DNA from: an uncultured archaeon
GTDB lineage: Archaea > Asgardarchaeota > Lokiarchaeia > Sigyniarchaeales > SOKP01
NCBI GenBank assembly: GCA_964632315.1
Contig: CAZWEM010000002.1
Location: 1 to 64,000 of the forward strand
Length of the DNA: 64,000 nucleotides
Reading direction: 5' to 3'
Below the pieces are notes generated by a model. It did not search any database, was not told where the DNA came from, and saw nothing but the letters and a program-made list of their open reading frames with translations. Position numbers and translations under genes: made by a program. Positions 49,870-61,059 of the stretch are shown one piece after another; within the stretch, counting starts at the first letter, position 1; each line of letters opens with the position of its first letter.

Positions 49870-50988
49870 ATGAAGTTGGAAAAGTTCAAGTTAGAAGATT
49901 TTTTTGAAAAATATGAATTTAAGGTTAGGTATTTGCTCTGTGCTTCAGATTGTGAATCATTTACAATTGGAGAACTTCTAGATTTAGAAGATAATGCAGA
50001 CTTAAGATTAAAGCAACATTGGTTAGGGTATACAGAGTCTCCAGGGAGCCCCACACTCCGACTTGAGATATCAAAACTGTATCATAATATTGACCCCGAG
50101 GATATTATTGTATTTTCAGGAGCTGAAGAAGGAATATTCGTATTCATGAATGTTTATCTAAATGCGGGGGATCACGTGATCGTTCAGGAACCAGCATATC
50201 AATCACTTTTTGAGGTGGCAAATGCCTTAGGATGCGAAATAACACAATGGAGCATGAATTATGAGCAAGATTGGGAGCTTGATATAGAGTTCTTAGAAAA
50301 TAATATTAAGGAAAATACAAAATGCTTAATTCTTAATTTTCCCCACAGCCCTACTGGGTACTTACCCTCAAAAAAGAAGTATGATGAAATTGTCAAGATA
50401 GCAAAGGAAAGAAACGTAGCGATCTTTTCTGATGAAGTATATCGCTTTCTTGAGCTTGATCCGGGTGATGAACTTCCCCCGATGTGTGATGTATATAGCA
50501 AAGGAATTTCTTTAGGGGTGATGTCTAAATCTTTTGGATTAGCTGGCTTACGTGTCGGATGGATTGCTTCCAAAGAGAAACCATTATTGAGAAATCTCTT
50601 ATCTTTAAAAAACTACACGACTATATGTAATAGTGCTCCAAGTGAGTTTTTAGCGATGTTAGCATTGAGGAACAAGAAGCCAATCCTTGAAAGGAATAGA
50701 GAATTGATCAAAACAAATTTAAAATTATTAGAGGATTTTTTCAATGAACATGAAAATGTTTTCTCTTGGGTCAAACCAAAGGGTGGATCTGTTGCATTCC
50801 CTAAATTACTCATTGATGATGATGTGGATCGGTTTTGTCGAGATCTACTTGATGCTAAAGGAGTTTTACTCATGCCAGGTACCATTTTTAATTACAAAAA
50901 CCCACATTTTCGAATAGGTTTTGGTCGAAAAAATATGCCTATTGCAATACAACACTTTGATAACTACATTGCAGAAAACTATGATTAA
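49870..50988 (+). CDS. PLP-dependent class I/II aminotransferase
   Basis: Start ATG 49870 (MKLEKFKLE); GAEEG, NFPHSPTG, SDEVY, SKSFGLAGLRVGW. Confidence 0.92.
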   Translation: MKLEKFKLEDFFEKYEFKVRYLLCASDCESFTIGELLDLEDNADLRLKQHWLGYTESPGSPTLRLEISKLYHNIDPEDIIVFSGAEEGIFVFMNVYLNAGDHVIVQEPAYQSLFEVANALGCEITQWSMNYEQDWELDIEFLENNIKENTKCLILNFPHSPTGYLPSKKKYDEIVKIAKERNVAIFSDEVYRFLELDPGDELPPMCDVYSKGISLGVMSKSFGLAGLRVGWIASKEKPLLRNLLSLKNYTTICNSAPSEFLAMLALRNKKPILERNRELIKTNLKLLEDFFNEHENVFSWVKPKGGSVAFPKLLIDDDVDRFCRDLLDAKGVLLMPGTIFNYKNPHFRIGFGRKNMPIAIQHFDNYIAENYD

Positions 50989-51260
50989 TGAATACTAAAA
51001 CTATATAGGTAAGGAAACTCTTTTTTACTAAATACTGGGTTAATTTTTAGTAATTATTACTTCAAAATATTCGATATTGAAGATTTTTTCATCTGTTTAA
51101 AAGATGGATTTTTGATACTTGTATCAAATCTAATTTTTTCTATTGAGGTGGGGTATTTAATTATTTTAATGAATATTCCCGCTCATAAAGTTTTCAACAA
51201 TCTAAAAAGAGAATATGAGTAGGTCATGCCCATAAAAACAAATGAAGGATTTAAGCAAAA

Positions 51261-52688
51261 ATGATAAAAGGAACAAAAAGATGGACCGGAACGGTCAAAT
51301 GGTATGATGAAAAGAAAGGGTTTGGATTTATAACACTTGATAGTGATGGTAGGGATATTTTTTTACACCGCACAGCACTTCAATCAAATGGGTATAATAA
51401 TGTTAGTAATGGTGATAGCCTTACATTCACAATTCAAGAACAGAAGAAAGGCTTTGCCGCTCTTGAAGTAAAGCGGAAAAAAACAGAAGATGATTTAGAA
51501 TTTTCAAAATCGGAAGTCAAAATGTCATTGCAATATAATCAAACTGAAAGTGATGTAAGTTTTGATGATCTTAACTTAGACCCTAAGATTTTACTTGCAA
51601 TAAGAGATTCAGGTTATAAAGTTCCGACACCAATTCAAGCTCATACAATTCCTATTATATTGGAGGAAAAAGATGTATTAGGTTGTGCTCAAACAGGAAC
51701 AGGTAAAACTGCTGCTTATGCTTTTCCTATCTTGCAGCGATTGATTGTAAAAAACGACAACAACATAAAAAAAAGCCGTAAAATAAGTGTTTTAGTTGTT
51801 GCTCCTACAAGGGAACTTGCGATTCAAATAAAAAACAGCTTCAGGGTTTACGGAAAATATACTGGATTAAAAAGTATTGTGGTTTATGGAGGAGTTAGCC
51901 AAAATCCTCAAGTGAAAAAACTAAAACAAGGCGTGGATATTTTGGTTGCAACCCCCGGTAGATTGCTCGATTTGATGAGACAGGGTCATATAAACTTAAG
52001 TCATATTGAGGTTTTTGTTTTAGATGAGGGTGATAGAATGCTAGATATGGGTTTCATCCATGATATTCGTTCTATCATCAAGTACATTCCTAAAAAAAAC
52101 CGACAGACACTTCTTTTCTCTGCTACAATACCACATGAAGTTATAAAACTAGCTAATAGTATTCTGAATGAACCAATAAAAATAGAAATATCACCAGATC
52201 AACCAACCTTGGAGATTATTAAACAAACTGTATTTTTAATCACCAAAAAGAAAAAAGAAATATTATTAGAGAAATTACTTAAAGATAAATCGATTACAAG
52301 AGCATTAGTTTTTATACGTACAAAACATAACACCAATCGAGTTGTTAAGCGCCTAAAAAGGAAGGGAATTCAAACTGATGCTATACATGGGAATAAATCA
52401 CAAACTGCACGTCAACAGGCGCTTCAAAGCTTTCGTACTGGAAAGACTAGGGTCTTAGTAGCAACAGATGTCGCATCTCGTGGAATCGATGTAGATGATA
52501 TCTCTCATGTTATCCAATTTGATTTACCTGATGAACCAAAAACCTACATACATCGAATTGGGAGGACAGCAAGAGCAGGTGCAGGTGGTGTAGCTTATAG
52601 TTTTTGTGAGGAAAATCAAAAACAGAAGTTAAAAGAAATCGAAAAGTTAATTCGAATGCGATTAAAATTAGTAAGAAATTATGTCTAA
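51261..52688 (+). CDS. Cold-shock domain fused to an RhlE-type DEAD-box RNA helicase
   Basis: GTVKWY..KKGFGFI, DIFLH; Q motif PTPIQ, AQTGTGKT, PTRELA, TPGRL, DEGD, SAT, HRIGRTAR. Confidence 0.92.
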   Translation: MIKGTKRWTGTVKWYDEKKGFGFITLDSDGRDIFLHRTALQSNGYNNVSNGDSLTFTIQEQKKGFAALEVKRKKTEDDLEFSKSEVKMSLQYNQTESDVSFDDLNLDPKILLAIRDSGYKVPTPIQAHTIPIILEEKDVLGCAQTGTGKTAAYAFPILQRLIVKNDNNIKKSRKISVLVVAPTRELAIQIKNSFRVYGKYTGLKSIVVYGGVSQNPQVKKLKQGVDILVATPGRLLDLMRQGHINLSHIEVFVLDEGDRMLDMGFIHDIRSIIKYIPKKNRQTLLFSATIPHEVIKLANSILNEPIKIEISPDQPTLEIIKQTVFLITKKKKEILLEKLLKDKSITRALVFIRTKHNTNRVVKRLKRKGIQTDAIHGNKSQTARQQALQSFRTGKTRVLVATDVASRGIDVDDISHVIQFDLPDEPKTYIHRIGRTARAGAGGVAYSFCEENQKQKLKEIEKLIRMRLKLVRNYV

Positions 52689-52776
52689 ATTCCTCTTTTT
52701 AAAGAAGTCCTAACCATATTTCAGGTTTTTTATTTTTAAAAAATAATCTTTACAAAATAAAAAAGAGAAAAACGAG

Positions 52777-53664
52777 TTAAATTGAAATTCCATTCATTTT
52801 CGCTAAAACTTTGTACAAACCTTGAGTTCCAAGATTTTCTAATCCTAAGGCTGTTGCCGAGATGTAGAATTGATATGCTAATGCTAAACCAGGTAAAGAT
52901 AAATTCATGGATTTCGCCTCTTTTAGAGCAATTCCCATGTCTTTAATGAAATGCTTAATAAAAAATCCAGGATCGAAATTATTATCAACAATACGAGGCC
53001 CAAGATTATTAATTGACCAACACCCAGCAGCTCCTTTTCCAATAACGTCGATCACTTCATTGAGGTCATTTCCTGCCTTGTAAGCATATAAGAGAGATTC
53101 AACTACTCCGATCATCGTAGATGCTATTAAAATTTGATTACTCATTTTCGTGTGTTGTCCTGCTCCTGCCTTTCCCATATACGCAATATTTTTTCCCATT
53201 AATTCGAATAGTGGAAAAATTTTATCATAAGTCTCTTTATCTCCGCCTGACATAATGGCTAATGTTGCATTCTTAGCTCCAACATCACCACCAGAAACAG
53301 GTGCATCCACGGAAGATACTCCTTTCTTTTTTGCTTCTTCATAAATCTTTTGGGCGAGTGAGGGTTCCGAAGTGGTCATATCTACTATAATATCTCCCTC
53401 TTTTACCCCTTTCAAAATACCTTTCTCTCCTAAATATACCTCTTCAACATCATTAGGAAATCCCACAATAGTGAATACTATATCGCTATTTTGGGCAACT
53501 TCCATGGGGTTTGAAAACCACTTGGCTCCTTTATTAATTAGCTCAAGAGCTTTTTCCTTTGTTCGATTGTATACTGAAACTTCATGACCAGCATCGATGA
53601 GATGTGCACACATCGATTTACCCATTACTCCCGTTCCAACCCAACCAATCTTCATTATCATCAA
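52777..53664 (-). CDS. 3-hydroxyisobutyrate/2-hydroxy-3-oxopropionate dehydrogenase family
   Basis: GTGVMG, DAPVSGGDVGA, GQHTK..NQ, F.KD. Confidence 0.92.
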   Translation of the reverse strand: MMIMKIGWVGTGVMGKSMCAHLIDAGHEVSVYNRTKEKALELINKGAKWFSNPMEVAQNSDIVFTIVGFPNDVEEVYLGEKGILKGVKEGDIIVDMTTSEPSLAQKIYEEAKKKGVSSVDAPVSGGDVGAKNATLAIMSGGDKETYDKIFPLFELMGKNIAYMGKAGAGQHTKMSNQILIASTMIGVVESLLYAYKAGNDLNEVIDVIGKGAAGCWSINNLGPRIVDNNFDPGFFIKHFIKDMGIALKEAKSMNLSLPGLALAYQFYISATALGLENLGTQGLYKVLAKMNGISI

Positions 53665-53787
53665 AATTAAATAAGTATGTTTTTAATATAATGAATTTAG
53701 AATGGTTTGTAAATTTTATTCATAACATATTGAATAGTTCTCAAATTCGTGGTGATTACCCAGAAAAAGTGTATTAGAATAAGATGG

Positions 53788-55241
53788 TTAGGATTCCCAA
53801 AAAATATTACCTTTTTTTACATTATCGAGTCTGGTACGGTGTTTTAAGGCAGATACCGCTTGAACTGCTTCCTTTATGGAATGGAAGACAGGTATGTAAG
53901 CTAATTCTAATGATTCAATGATCATCTCATATTTCGTGACATATGGTATAAAGCATACAACAGGCTTCTTCTTCGATGCTACGATGTTTGCGATTCTTCT
54001 TCCAATTTGGAATGATATGTTGGGAGGGTAAGGAAGCAGTAGTAAGATGATACATTCAATTCTTTCAATATCAGAGAGATAACGAATCATTTCCTCGATA
54101 TCTGTATCGAGTACCGACCCAGTTAAATCAATAGGATTATTAAATGAAGCAATATCTCGGGCAACGGGATTCATCAATTCCTTCATTTCTGTTTTTTCTT
54201 CCTTAGTAAAATCTACACGATTTAGTCCATATGTTTTGAGCATATCAGCAGCTATTACTCCATGACCTCCTGAGACGGAGAGGATAACTACATCTCCATA
54301 GGTGACGACATTATCTCCAAAAGGATTCTTGCGATGGGAAAGCACATCAAATACTTTCAAACACGTTAATAACTCGCGCTCGGAATGGGGCTGGATGACT
54401 AAATTTTGCCGTAATGCAGCATATTGTATTTTATAGTTACCCGCAAGACTAGCAGTGTGAGAGAGAGTTGCAACCTTTCCTTCTCTGGTTATCCCTCCAA
54501 AAAATGTAATGACCGTGTCTTCAGATTCCCGTGCAAACTTTAGAAATTCTCTAGCATGACCTTCTTTAAATCCTTCCAAATAAAAAGCAATATTTGAAGT
54601 ATCGGGATCAACCTTGCTAAAGTATTCCAGAAGCATGACCTCATCCACAACGGCCCGATTACCAATTGATACCGCAGTTGAGACACCAATGTTACGTTCC
54701 TTGAACTTAACGAAGAATTGATCCACTAGTACCCCACCTGATTGAGATATAAGTGCTACAGAACCTTTGGGAGGTCTAGTTATTCTTTCGGTTGGCAAAA
54801 ATATCGTATCAACTAATGGAGGTGCATAGACACCAAGACAATTAGGTCCAAGTACGGCAATATCATTTTCAAAAGCAACTTTTTCTAATTTATCTTGTCG
54901 TTTTCTTCCTTTTATCCCAATTTCAGCAAAGCCACCTCCAATAATAACTGCCGAGGGAATATTAAGATCTGCGCATTGTTGTATATAATCTAAAGTGTCA
55001 TCAGCTCCAACTGCAATCACGAGGAGATCGGGGATTTCTGGTAAAGCGTCTAATCGTTCATATAGTGCTATCCCTTCAATTTCTCCCCCTGTAGGATAGA
55101 TGCCATAAACCTTTACTTGCATCTCAAATTCATTTTTAAGCATTACGATCCTGCCAGGACTTAAATGATTCTTTTTGGAAATTCCCACCACGGCCATTGA
55201 TTTTGGCTTGAAGAGTTTTCCTAGCTCGATTTTGCGTTCAT
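53788..55241 (-). CDS. acdA: ADP-forming acyl-CoA synthetase alpha subunit, apparent 1-nt frameshift at the extreme N-terminus
   Basis: LFKPKSMAVVG, GPNCLG, SQSGG, SHTASLAG (phospho-His), NPIDL; ATG 55241 is out of frame with the body. Confidence 0.8.
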
Positions 55242-55349
55242 CTCTTTATTTGAATTATGCTGGTAAAAAATATAATTATTAGTTCAATAAAAGTCAAAGC
55301 AATCTTTATTAATAATGATGAGAAATAACATCATCTCATATTAAATTAT

Positions 55350-56759
55350 GTGATAATAATGGCAGAAAATTCAAAAAGAAATGAAAAAGGATTTTCTTAT
55401 AAAAAAGCTATCAGTTATAGCGTAGGTCAACTCTCAGATATTGCTTCCTATCAAGCGTTCACATTTTTAACGTTTACGTATTACTTTGCGGTGGTTGGAA
55501 TTGACATTATCTTTATATCAATAGGGTTTATCATATGGTCCTTTTGGAATAGCTTTAACGATACCTTAATCGGATATCTTTCGGATAGGACGCATACCCG
55601 CTGGGGTAGAAGGATTCCTTGGATCATGTTTTCCCTAATTCCAATTGCTTTAATGATGGTGCTTCTATTTACTCCTCCCTATATTTTTGGTTTGACTGGT
55701 GAGGCAATAAATTTTACGTATTTCATGATTATCATCATACTTTTTGAACTATTTTTTACGATGTATGATATCAACTTCACCTCTTTATATCCTGATATCT
55801 TTCTCACGGAAGAAGAAAGAACGAAAGGAAACAATGTAAGGCAAATATTTGCTATTTTCGGGTTGATAGCTGCATTTCTGCTTCCTGGAATTTTCATTTC
55901 GAACTATACTAATCCTCAACCGGGGGAGTATCCCATGTTTGGGATTGTTGTTGCAATTATTGTAGTCGCTGCTGGTGTGCTCTTCTTAATTTTTTCCCCT
56001 AGAGGAAGAACAGAATTTAGAGATGATTATAAAGGAGCACCGAGTTTTTTTAACAATCTTAAAATTTGCATAAAAAGCAAGAGTTTCATTCGCTATATTC
56101 CAGCTGAAATAGCAAATTGGTTCGTATATGGAATGTTACCGACCATTGTTCCTATTTACGGCCAATTCGTCTTAGGTTTTACTGATCCTTTCATGATCTC
56201 TTTACTATTAGGAGTGACATTTTTATCTGCTGCTTTGTTCATGACAATCCTTTGGAAGCCCGTCGTTCAAAAATTGAAACCAAGGAAATCATGGTTGATT
56301 TCTATGACTATCTGGATCATAACGCTAATTCCATTGTTCTTTTTAGGATCACACATGGAATTATTCGCATTTATCGTATTTTTCTTGATTGGAATCGGCT
56401 TATCAGGTTCACTTTACATAATAGATATCATTATAGCGGATATCGTAGATGAAGATGAGGTGAACACGGGTACACGAAGAGAGGGTGGGTATTACGGCGT
56501 TAATATATTCTTTCAAAGATTTGCTACCGTTTTTGTGTTTTTAATTATCGGCCCCGTATTTTTAATTGCTAATTGGGGAGAATTCAATCCAATCACCATC
56601 CCCACATTTAGTATTCGAAGCTTAATGGTCATCTATCCTTCGATTGCATTAGTAATTGCCTTGATTGCTATTTACTTTTATCCCTTGGATAATGAAAGGT
56701 TAAGACAAGTAAAACAACAGAGGGATGAAATCCATCAAACTAAAATTTCAAAAATCTAA
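55350..56759 (+). CDS. GPH/MelB-like MFS sugar-cation symporter
   Basis: WNSFND.LIG.LSDRT.TRWGRR.PW, ADIVDEDE..TG.RREG.Y. Confidence 0.92.
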   Translation: MIIMAENSKRNEKGFSYKKAISYSVGQLSDIASYQAFTFLTFTYYFAVVGIDIIFISIGFIIWSFWNSFNDTLIGYLSDRTHTRWGRRIPWIMFSLIPIALMMVLLFTPPYIFGLTGEAINFTYFMIIIILFELFFTMYDINFTSLYPDIFLTEEERTKGNNVRQIFAIFGLIAAFLLPGIFISNYTNPQPGEYPMFGIVVAIIVVAAGVLFLIFSPRGRTEFRDDYKGAPSFFNNLKICIKSKSFIRYIPAEIANWFVYGMLPTIVPIYGQFVLGFTDPFMISLLLGVTFLSAALFMTILWKPVVQKLKPRKSWLISMTIWIITLIPLFFLGSHMELFAFIVFFLIGIGLSGSLYIIDIIIADIVDEDEVNTGTRREGGYYGVNIFFQRFATVFVFLIIGPVFLIANWGEFNPITIPTFSIRSLMVIYPSIALVIALIAIYFYPLDNERLRQVKQQRDEIHQTKISKI

Positions 56760-56809
56760 TTTTCTTTTTTTTGGAAATTTATTTATTTTATACTTCTTGA
56801 AATTATGTT

Positions 56810-57598
56810 ATGAGTAATGAGAACTTACGATCGGTCTCAGTTAATAAGAATAATGAAGCTAAATTTTACAGTTATATAAAGGACAATTTTTCAGAATTCT
56901 TCTTTTTCCACGTGGATTATGCTCAATATCCAGAAGATACTGATGTCTACATGGCTATAGATGAAAAAGAAGATATCCACGGGTTATTATTAATATGGAA
57001 GGGTCGAAGATTTCAGTTAAGAGGATCAGCTGATAATATAGAACTGTTACTTAATAACAAGAAAATAAATCCAATATCGATAACTGGATTTGAAGCCCAT
57101 AAAAAATTAATAGCGAAATATTTCCCAGATTATACAAAAGAAACTGCCATGTACCGAATGGAAATGGATAGAGAAGATCATAAAGATTACGAGAAATATC
57201 CATTTGAAGTTTTATCAGATTCACATAAAGAAGAGATCGCTCACTTTATGAATGTTACTGATCCAGTCTATTGGGGTTCTCGCCAACCTGAAGACATCAC
57301 CATTGATGAGAATAACATTATTTATGGTATTTTTGAAAATAATAGGCTAATTTCCTTTACTAGTTTTTGGAAGTATGAAAAAGTAGGATATATTACCATA
57401 GTAGGGACCCATCCAGATTATTGGAATAAAGGATACGCAAGTTCATTAGTCTCTAGTGCATTAAAATATCTTTTCCAAGAAAGAGAAAAGTGTCTCATCA
57501 CAGTGAGAGTTAAGAACCCTCCAGCGATTCATGTTTACGAGAAATTAGGATTTAGGATCCAAAATACTCAGTATCAATTTGAAAAAGAAAATATTTAA
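56810..57598 (+). CDS. GNAT acetyltransferase (FR47-like C-terminal domain)
   Basis: VGTHPDYWNKGYAS, N.PA..VYEKLGF. Confidence 0.9.
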   Translation: MSNENLRSVSVNKNNEAKFYSYIKDNFSEFFFFHVDYAQYPEDTDVYMAIDEKEDIHGLLLIWKGRRFQLRGSADNIELLLNNKKINPISITGFEAHKKLIAKYFPDYTKETAMYRMEMDREDHKDYEKYPFEVLSDSHKEEIAHFMNVTDPVYWGSRQPEDITIDENNIIYGIFENNRLISFTSFWKYEKVGYITIVGTHPDYWNKGYASSLVSSALKYLFQEREKCLITVRVKNPPAIHVYEKLGFRIQNTQYQFEKENI

Positions 57599-57656
57599 TC
57601 TTTATTTAGTTTATAGTTGAATTAGATTTTAATCTTAAAATTAGTAATGAAGAATC

Positions 57657-59048
57657 ATGAGTAAAAAAGAAAGAAGTTCAGGACGAAAAGCAATTTTCTA
57701 TAGTTGTGGTCAAATAAGCGATGTGACCGCGTACCAATCCTTTATACTATTAATCTTTACTTTTTATTTTGCTGTCGTGGGGATCGGTACGTGGTGGATG
57801 GTATTGGGATATTCTCTTTGGAGTGTTTGGAATGCGTTTAATGACCCCTTGATGGGATTCATATCTGATAGAACTCATACGAAAATCGGCAGAAGATTAC
57901 CTTATATCATAGGGGCATTCATTCCTTTGGCTATTACAGTTGTGTTTTTATATTATCCTCCCATAAGTTTTGGAGATACAAACCAATTAGCTAACTTCAC
58001 TTACTTTCTCATAATTATCGTCATATTTGAATTGTTTTACACCATTTACAGCTTAAACATGACCTCGTTATTCCCAGAAGTTTTTATGACACAACAAGAA
58101 CGAACGCAAGCCAATAATATAAGGCAAGTTTTTACGATAGTTGGATTAATCTTCGCTTTCATTTTACCTGGTTTGATAATTGACGATTATAGAGATCCAA
58201 ATGACTTACCGCAGTATCAGTTATTTGGAATCATCGCAGCGATTATTATTATTGCCTTTGTATTACCATTCCTTTTCTTCGGCCCCAGAGAAAAATCGGA
58301 ATTCCAACATGACTATCAAAAGGCATTTGGATTTTTCGGAAATATAAAATACTGTTTTAAAAGCAGATCATTTAGATGGTATATCATAGCAGAAACTTGC
58401 GTGTGGTTCGTCTATGGAATGCTTCCCACTATTGTTCCCTTGTATGCTGGAGAAGTGTTAAATGTTATCGGATTCAATACTTCACTACTGTTAGCAACCA
58501 CTTTTTTATCAGCAACCATATTCATCACCTTTCTCTGGAGACCAGTTGTTAGGAAAATTGGGAATCGAAAAGCATGGATCATTTCATTTATCATTTGGAT
58601 CGCTGCTTTATCTGGTACTTTATTTATATCTGAGTTTATTGGCGGTTTAATCGTATTTTTCTTGATTGGCATTGGTTTATCAGGCTCCTTATTTATCATA
58701 GATCTGGTAGTAGCGGATATTGTCGACGAGGATGAACTCAGTACGGGTATGAGGAGAGAAGCAGGATATTATGGAGTAAACGCATTTGTTTTACGGTTCT
58801 CCAACGTGCTTGTAATCCTTGCCATAGGACTCGTATTTTCAGGAACGGAATGGGAAAGTGAATACGTTGCAAATCCGGGTATAAATGTTACCATAGGATT
58901 AAAAATTTTAATGTTTGTGCTTCCCGCGATTGCTTTAGTAATTGCTGCAATAGCAATCTATAAGTATCCTTTACATGGACAAAAACTGAGGGAAATGAAA
59001 GAGCGATTAGACGTATTACATGAAGAAAAACGAGCTAGAACTCCATAA
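57657..59048 (+). CDS. GPH/MelB-like MFS symporter, paralog of 55350..56759
   Basis: WNAFNDPL.G.ISDRT, YGMLPTIVP, ADIVDEDE. Confidence 0.92.
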   Translation: MSKKERSSGRKAIFYSCGQISDVTAYQSFILLIFTFYFAVVGIGTWWMVLGYSLWSVWNAFNDPLMGFISDRTHTKIGRRLPYIIGAFIPLAITVVFLYYPPISFGDTNQLANFTYFLIIIVIFELFYTIYSLNMTSLFPEVFMTQQERTQANNIRQVFTIVGLIFAFILPGLIIDDYRDPNDLPQYQLFGIIAAIIIIAFVLPFLFFGPREKSEFQHDYQKAFGFFGNIKYCFKSRSFRWYIIAETCVWFVYGMLPTIVPLYAGEVLNVIGFNTSLLLATTFLSATIFITFLWRPVVRKIGNRKAWIISFIIWIAALSGTLFISEFIGGLIVFFLIGIGLSGSLFIIDLVVADIVDEDELSTGMRREAGYYGVNAFVLRFSNVLVILAIGLVFSGTEWESEYVANPGINVTIGLKILMFVLPAIALVIAAIAIYKYPLHGQKLREMKERLDVLHEEKRARTP

Positions 59049-59203
59049 AAACTAATTTTTTTCTTTTATATTTCTACAATTTTTTTACAAAATTCAAGGA
59101 TTAAAAATCTTTTCACTTTTCTATCTTCGCAAATAGATTTATATAGTAAACTGGTTGATATTATGTAATTATAGCTTGAAATCTAAAAGTCCTTGGCTAA
59201 AAG

Positions 59204-60025
59204 TTGACACCTAAAATTTCGTGGTCAGAAACTTCACAAATTGATTCAAAAAAAGCTAAAGAAATGGCAGAATACTTTGAAAATCGCTCTCAGTATAAAG
59301 ATCAAAAGAGAGTTAATTATGCATTAAAGAAGTTGTTAAATCCAAAAAACGAAGAGAAAATTTTGGATGTTGGTTGTGGAACAGGCGTTTTGACTCGCTT
59401 AATTGGATCAAGCTTATTTCCAAAAGGATCCATTACTGGAATTGACATATCAAATCACTTTATTGCATTAGCTCGCAATTACGTTCAAGATTTAAAGTAT
59501 AAATCCATCATTAATTTTGATGTTGGAGATGCTGAGAATTTACCTTATCCTGATGAGTATTTTGACGCAACATTTGCAACTCGACTATTAATATATATTC
59601 ACGATCCCCAACATGCTGTTAAAGAGATGAAAAGAGTTGTCAAAGAAAATGGTTGTATAGTATTAGCAGATTGGGATTATGATTCCTTAGTAGTAGATCA
59701 TTTAAATCGTTTAATAACAAGAAAAATAATTCATTGGCGAACAGATAACAAAGATGGGAATAATTGGAGCGGTAGACAACTTTTTCGTTTATTAAAAGAA
59801 CAAGATCTTAAAGATATAATTATAAAGCCTGTAATTACAATCGCAACTGATGATGATAACTCTCTAACCAAGTCCATTTTTGGTGCTGCATCTGGAGCTC
59901 TCGAAGCAGCCATAATTACAGAGAATCAGCATAAAGCATGGATTTCCGAACTTGAGGGAAGGCTTCAGGAAGGAAAATTTTTTGCAAGTATCGTATATTT
60001 TCTTGTAAAAGGGACTAAAGCTTAA
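59204..60025 (+). CDS. Class I SAM-dependent methyltransferase (UbiE-like)
   Basis: LDVGCGTG, GIDIS, GDAENLPY.D..FD, EMKRV.K.NG. Confidence 0.9.
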   Translation: MTPKISWSETSQIDSKKAKEMAEYFENRSQYKDQKRVNYALKKLLNPKNEEKILDVGCGTGVLTRLIGSSLFPKGSITGIDISNHFIALARNYVQDLKYKSIINFDVGDAENLPYPDEYFDATFATRLLIYIHDPQHAVKEMKRVVKENGCIVLADWDYDSLVVDHLNRLITRKIIHWRTDNKDGNNWSGRQLFRLLKEQDLKDIIIKPVITIATDDDNSLTKSIFGAASGALEAAIITENQHKAWISELEGRLQEGKFFASIVYFLVKGTKA

Positions 60026-60041
60026 TTACATAATCATTTAA

Positions 60042-61058
60042 ATGGAAAGAAAAAGGATGAAATATTCAATTGGTATAGGTCTAACAAATAATTGTAATTT
60101 ACACTGTGCTCATTGTTATCGAAATCAAAATGAAATCTCAAATATCACACTCAAACAGATTCAGATATTGTGTGATGCTTTACCCATTCAATCGATTGGA
60201 CTGGGTACTGGTGAGAATATTTTAAACCCAGAATTTTTACAGATCGTTTCCTTTTTATCGGAACAAAACATTAAATTGAGTTTAGCGTCAAATGGGCTCA
60301 CATTAACATCTCTTGCGGAGGATTATCTTCAATTATTCAATGATCTAGAAATATCGATAGATTTTCCAGATAAAGAAAGGCACGACAATTTCAGGGGTCC
60401 AGGTAATTGGGATCTTACCCATCAAGCAATAAAAAAGACTAAGGATTTGGGTATTCCAACGACGATTCTTACAACATTAATGAGTGTAAATTATAAAGAG
60501 ATGGATAAAATGGTAGATCTCGCCAGAAAACACGAGCTTAACTTGCGAGTTAGTGTATGCCAATCAGTCAATTCAAATAAATTTCATTTAAAATATGAAG
60601 AATTTTGGGAAGGATTCCGATTACTCTTTAAGAAAGGTAAATTAATCTCTTGTTCTGAACCCGTGGTCAGAGCAGCTCTTGGACTAAATGATGTTTATTC
60701 ACCCTGTGGACATAAGAGTATTCGAATTAATCCAAAAGGAGAGGTTATACCATGTGTATATTGGGAAGGAATCAATTCAACCACAAATTCTGTACCAAAG
60801 ATCGAGGATCTTAAAGAAATAAGAGAAACCATTTTGAATACATACTATTTCAATTTAGCCCGTGAGATACCTTCTGTAGCTGCTAGTTGTCGATGTCATG
60901 GGGGATGTGCAAGCCGAAGAGCTTTAAGCGGTAATTTGAACTCTCATGATGAATATTGTCCTTGGGTTAGAGGGGATGAGATTGAACTAATTTGGCAGAA
61001 AGCAGATTCACAAGATTTGGTTAGAGTAAATAATAATTGTACTACAATAGTGAACTAA
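60042..61058 (+). CDS. Radical SAM protein with SPASM/Twitch-type C-terminus
   Basis: CNLHCAHC, GEN, SIDF...HD..RG; CG....I.P.G.V.PC, C.C.GGC..R, YCP. Confidence 0.92.
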   Translation: MERKRMKYSIGIGLTNNCNLHCAHCYRNQNEISNITLKQIQILCDALPIQSIGLGTGENILNPEFLQIVSFLSEQNIKLSLASNGLTLTSLAEDYLQLFNDLEISIDFPDKERHDNFRGPGNWDLTHQAIKKTKDLGIPTTILTTLMSVNYKEMDKMVDLARKHELNLRVSVCQSVNSNKFHLKYEEFWEGFRLLFKKGKLISCSEPVVRAALGLNDVYSPCGHKSIRINPKGEVIPCVYWEGINSTTNSVPKIEDLKEIRETILNTYYFNLAREIPSVAASCRCHGGCASRRALSGNLNSHDEYCPWVRGDEIELIWQKADSQDLVRVNNNCTTIVN

Positions 61059-61059
61059 G

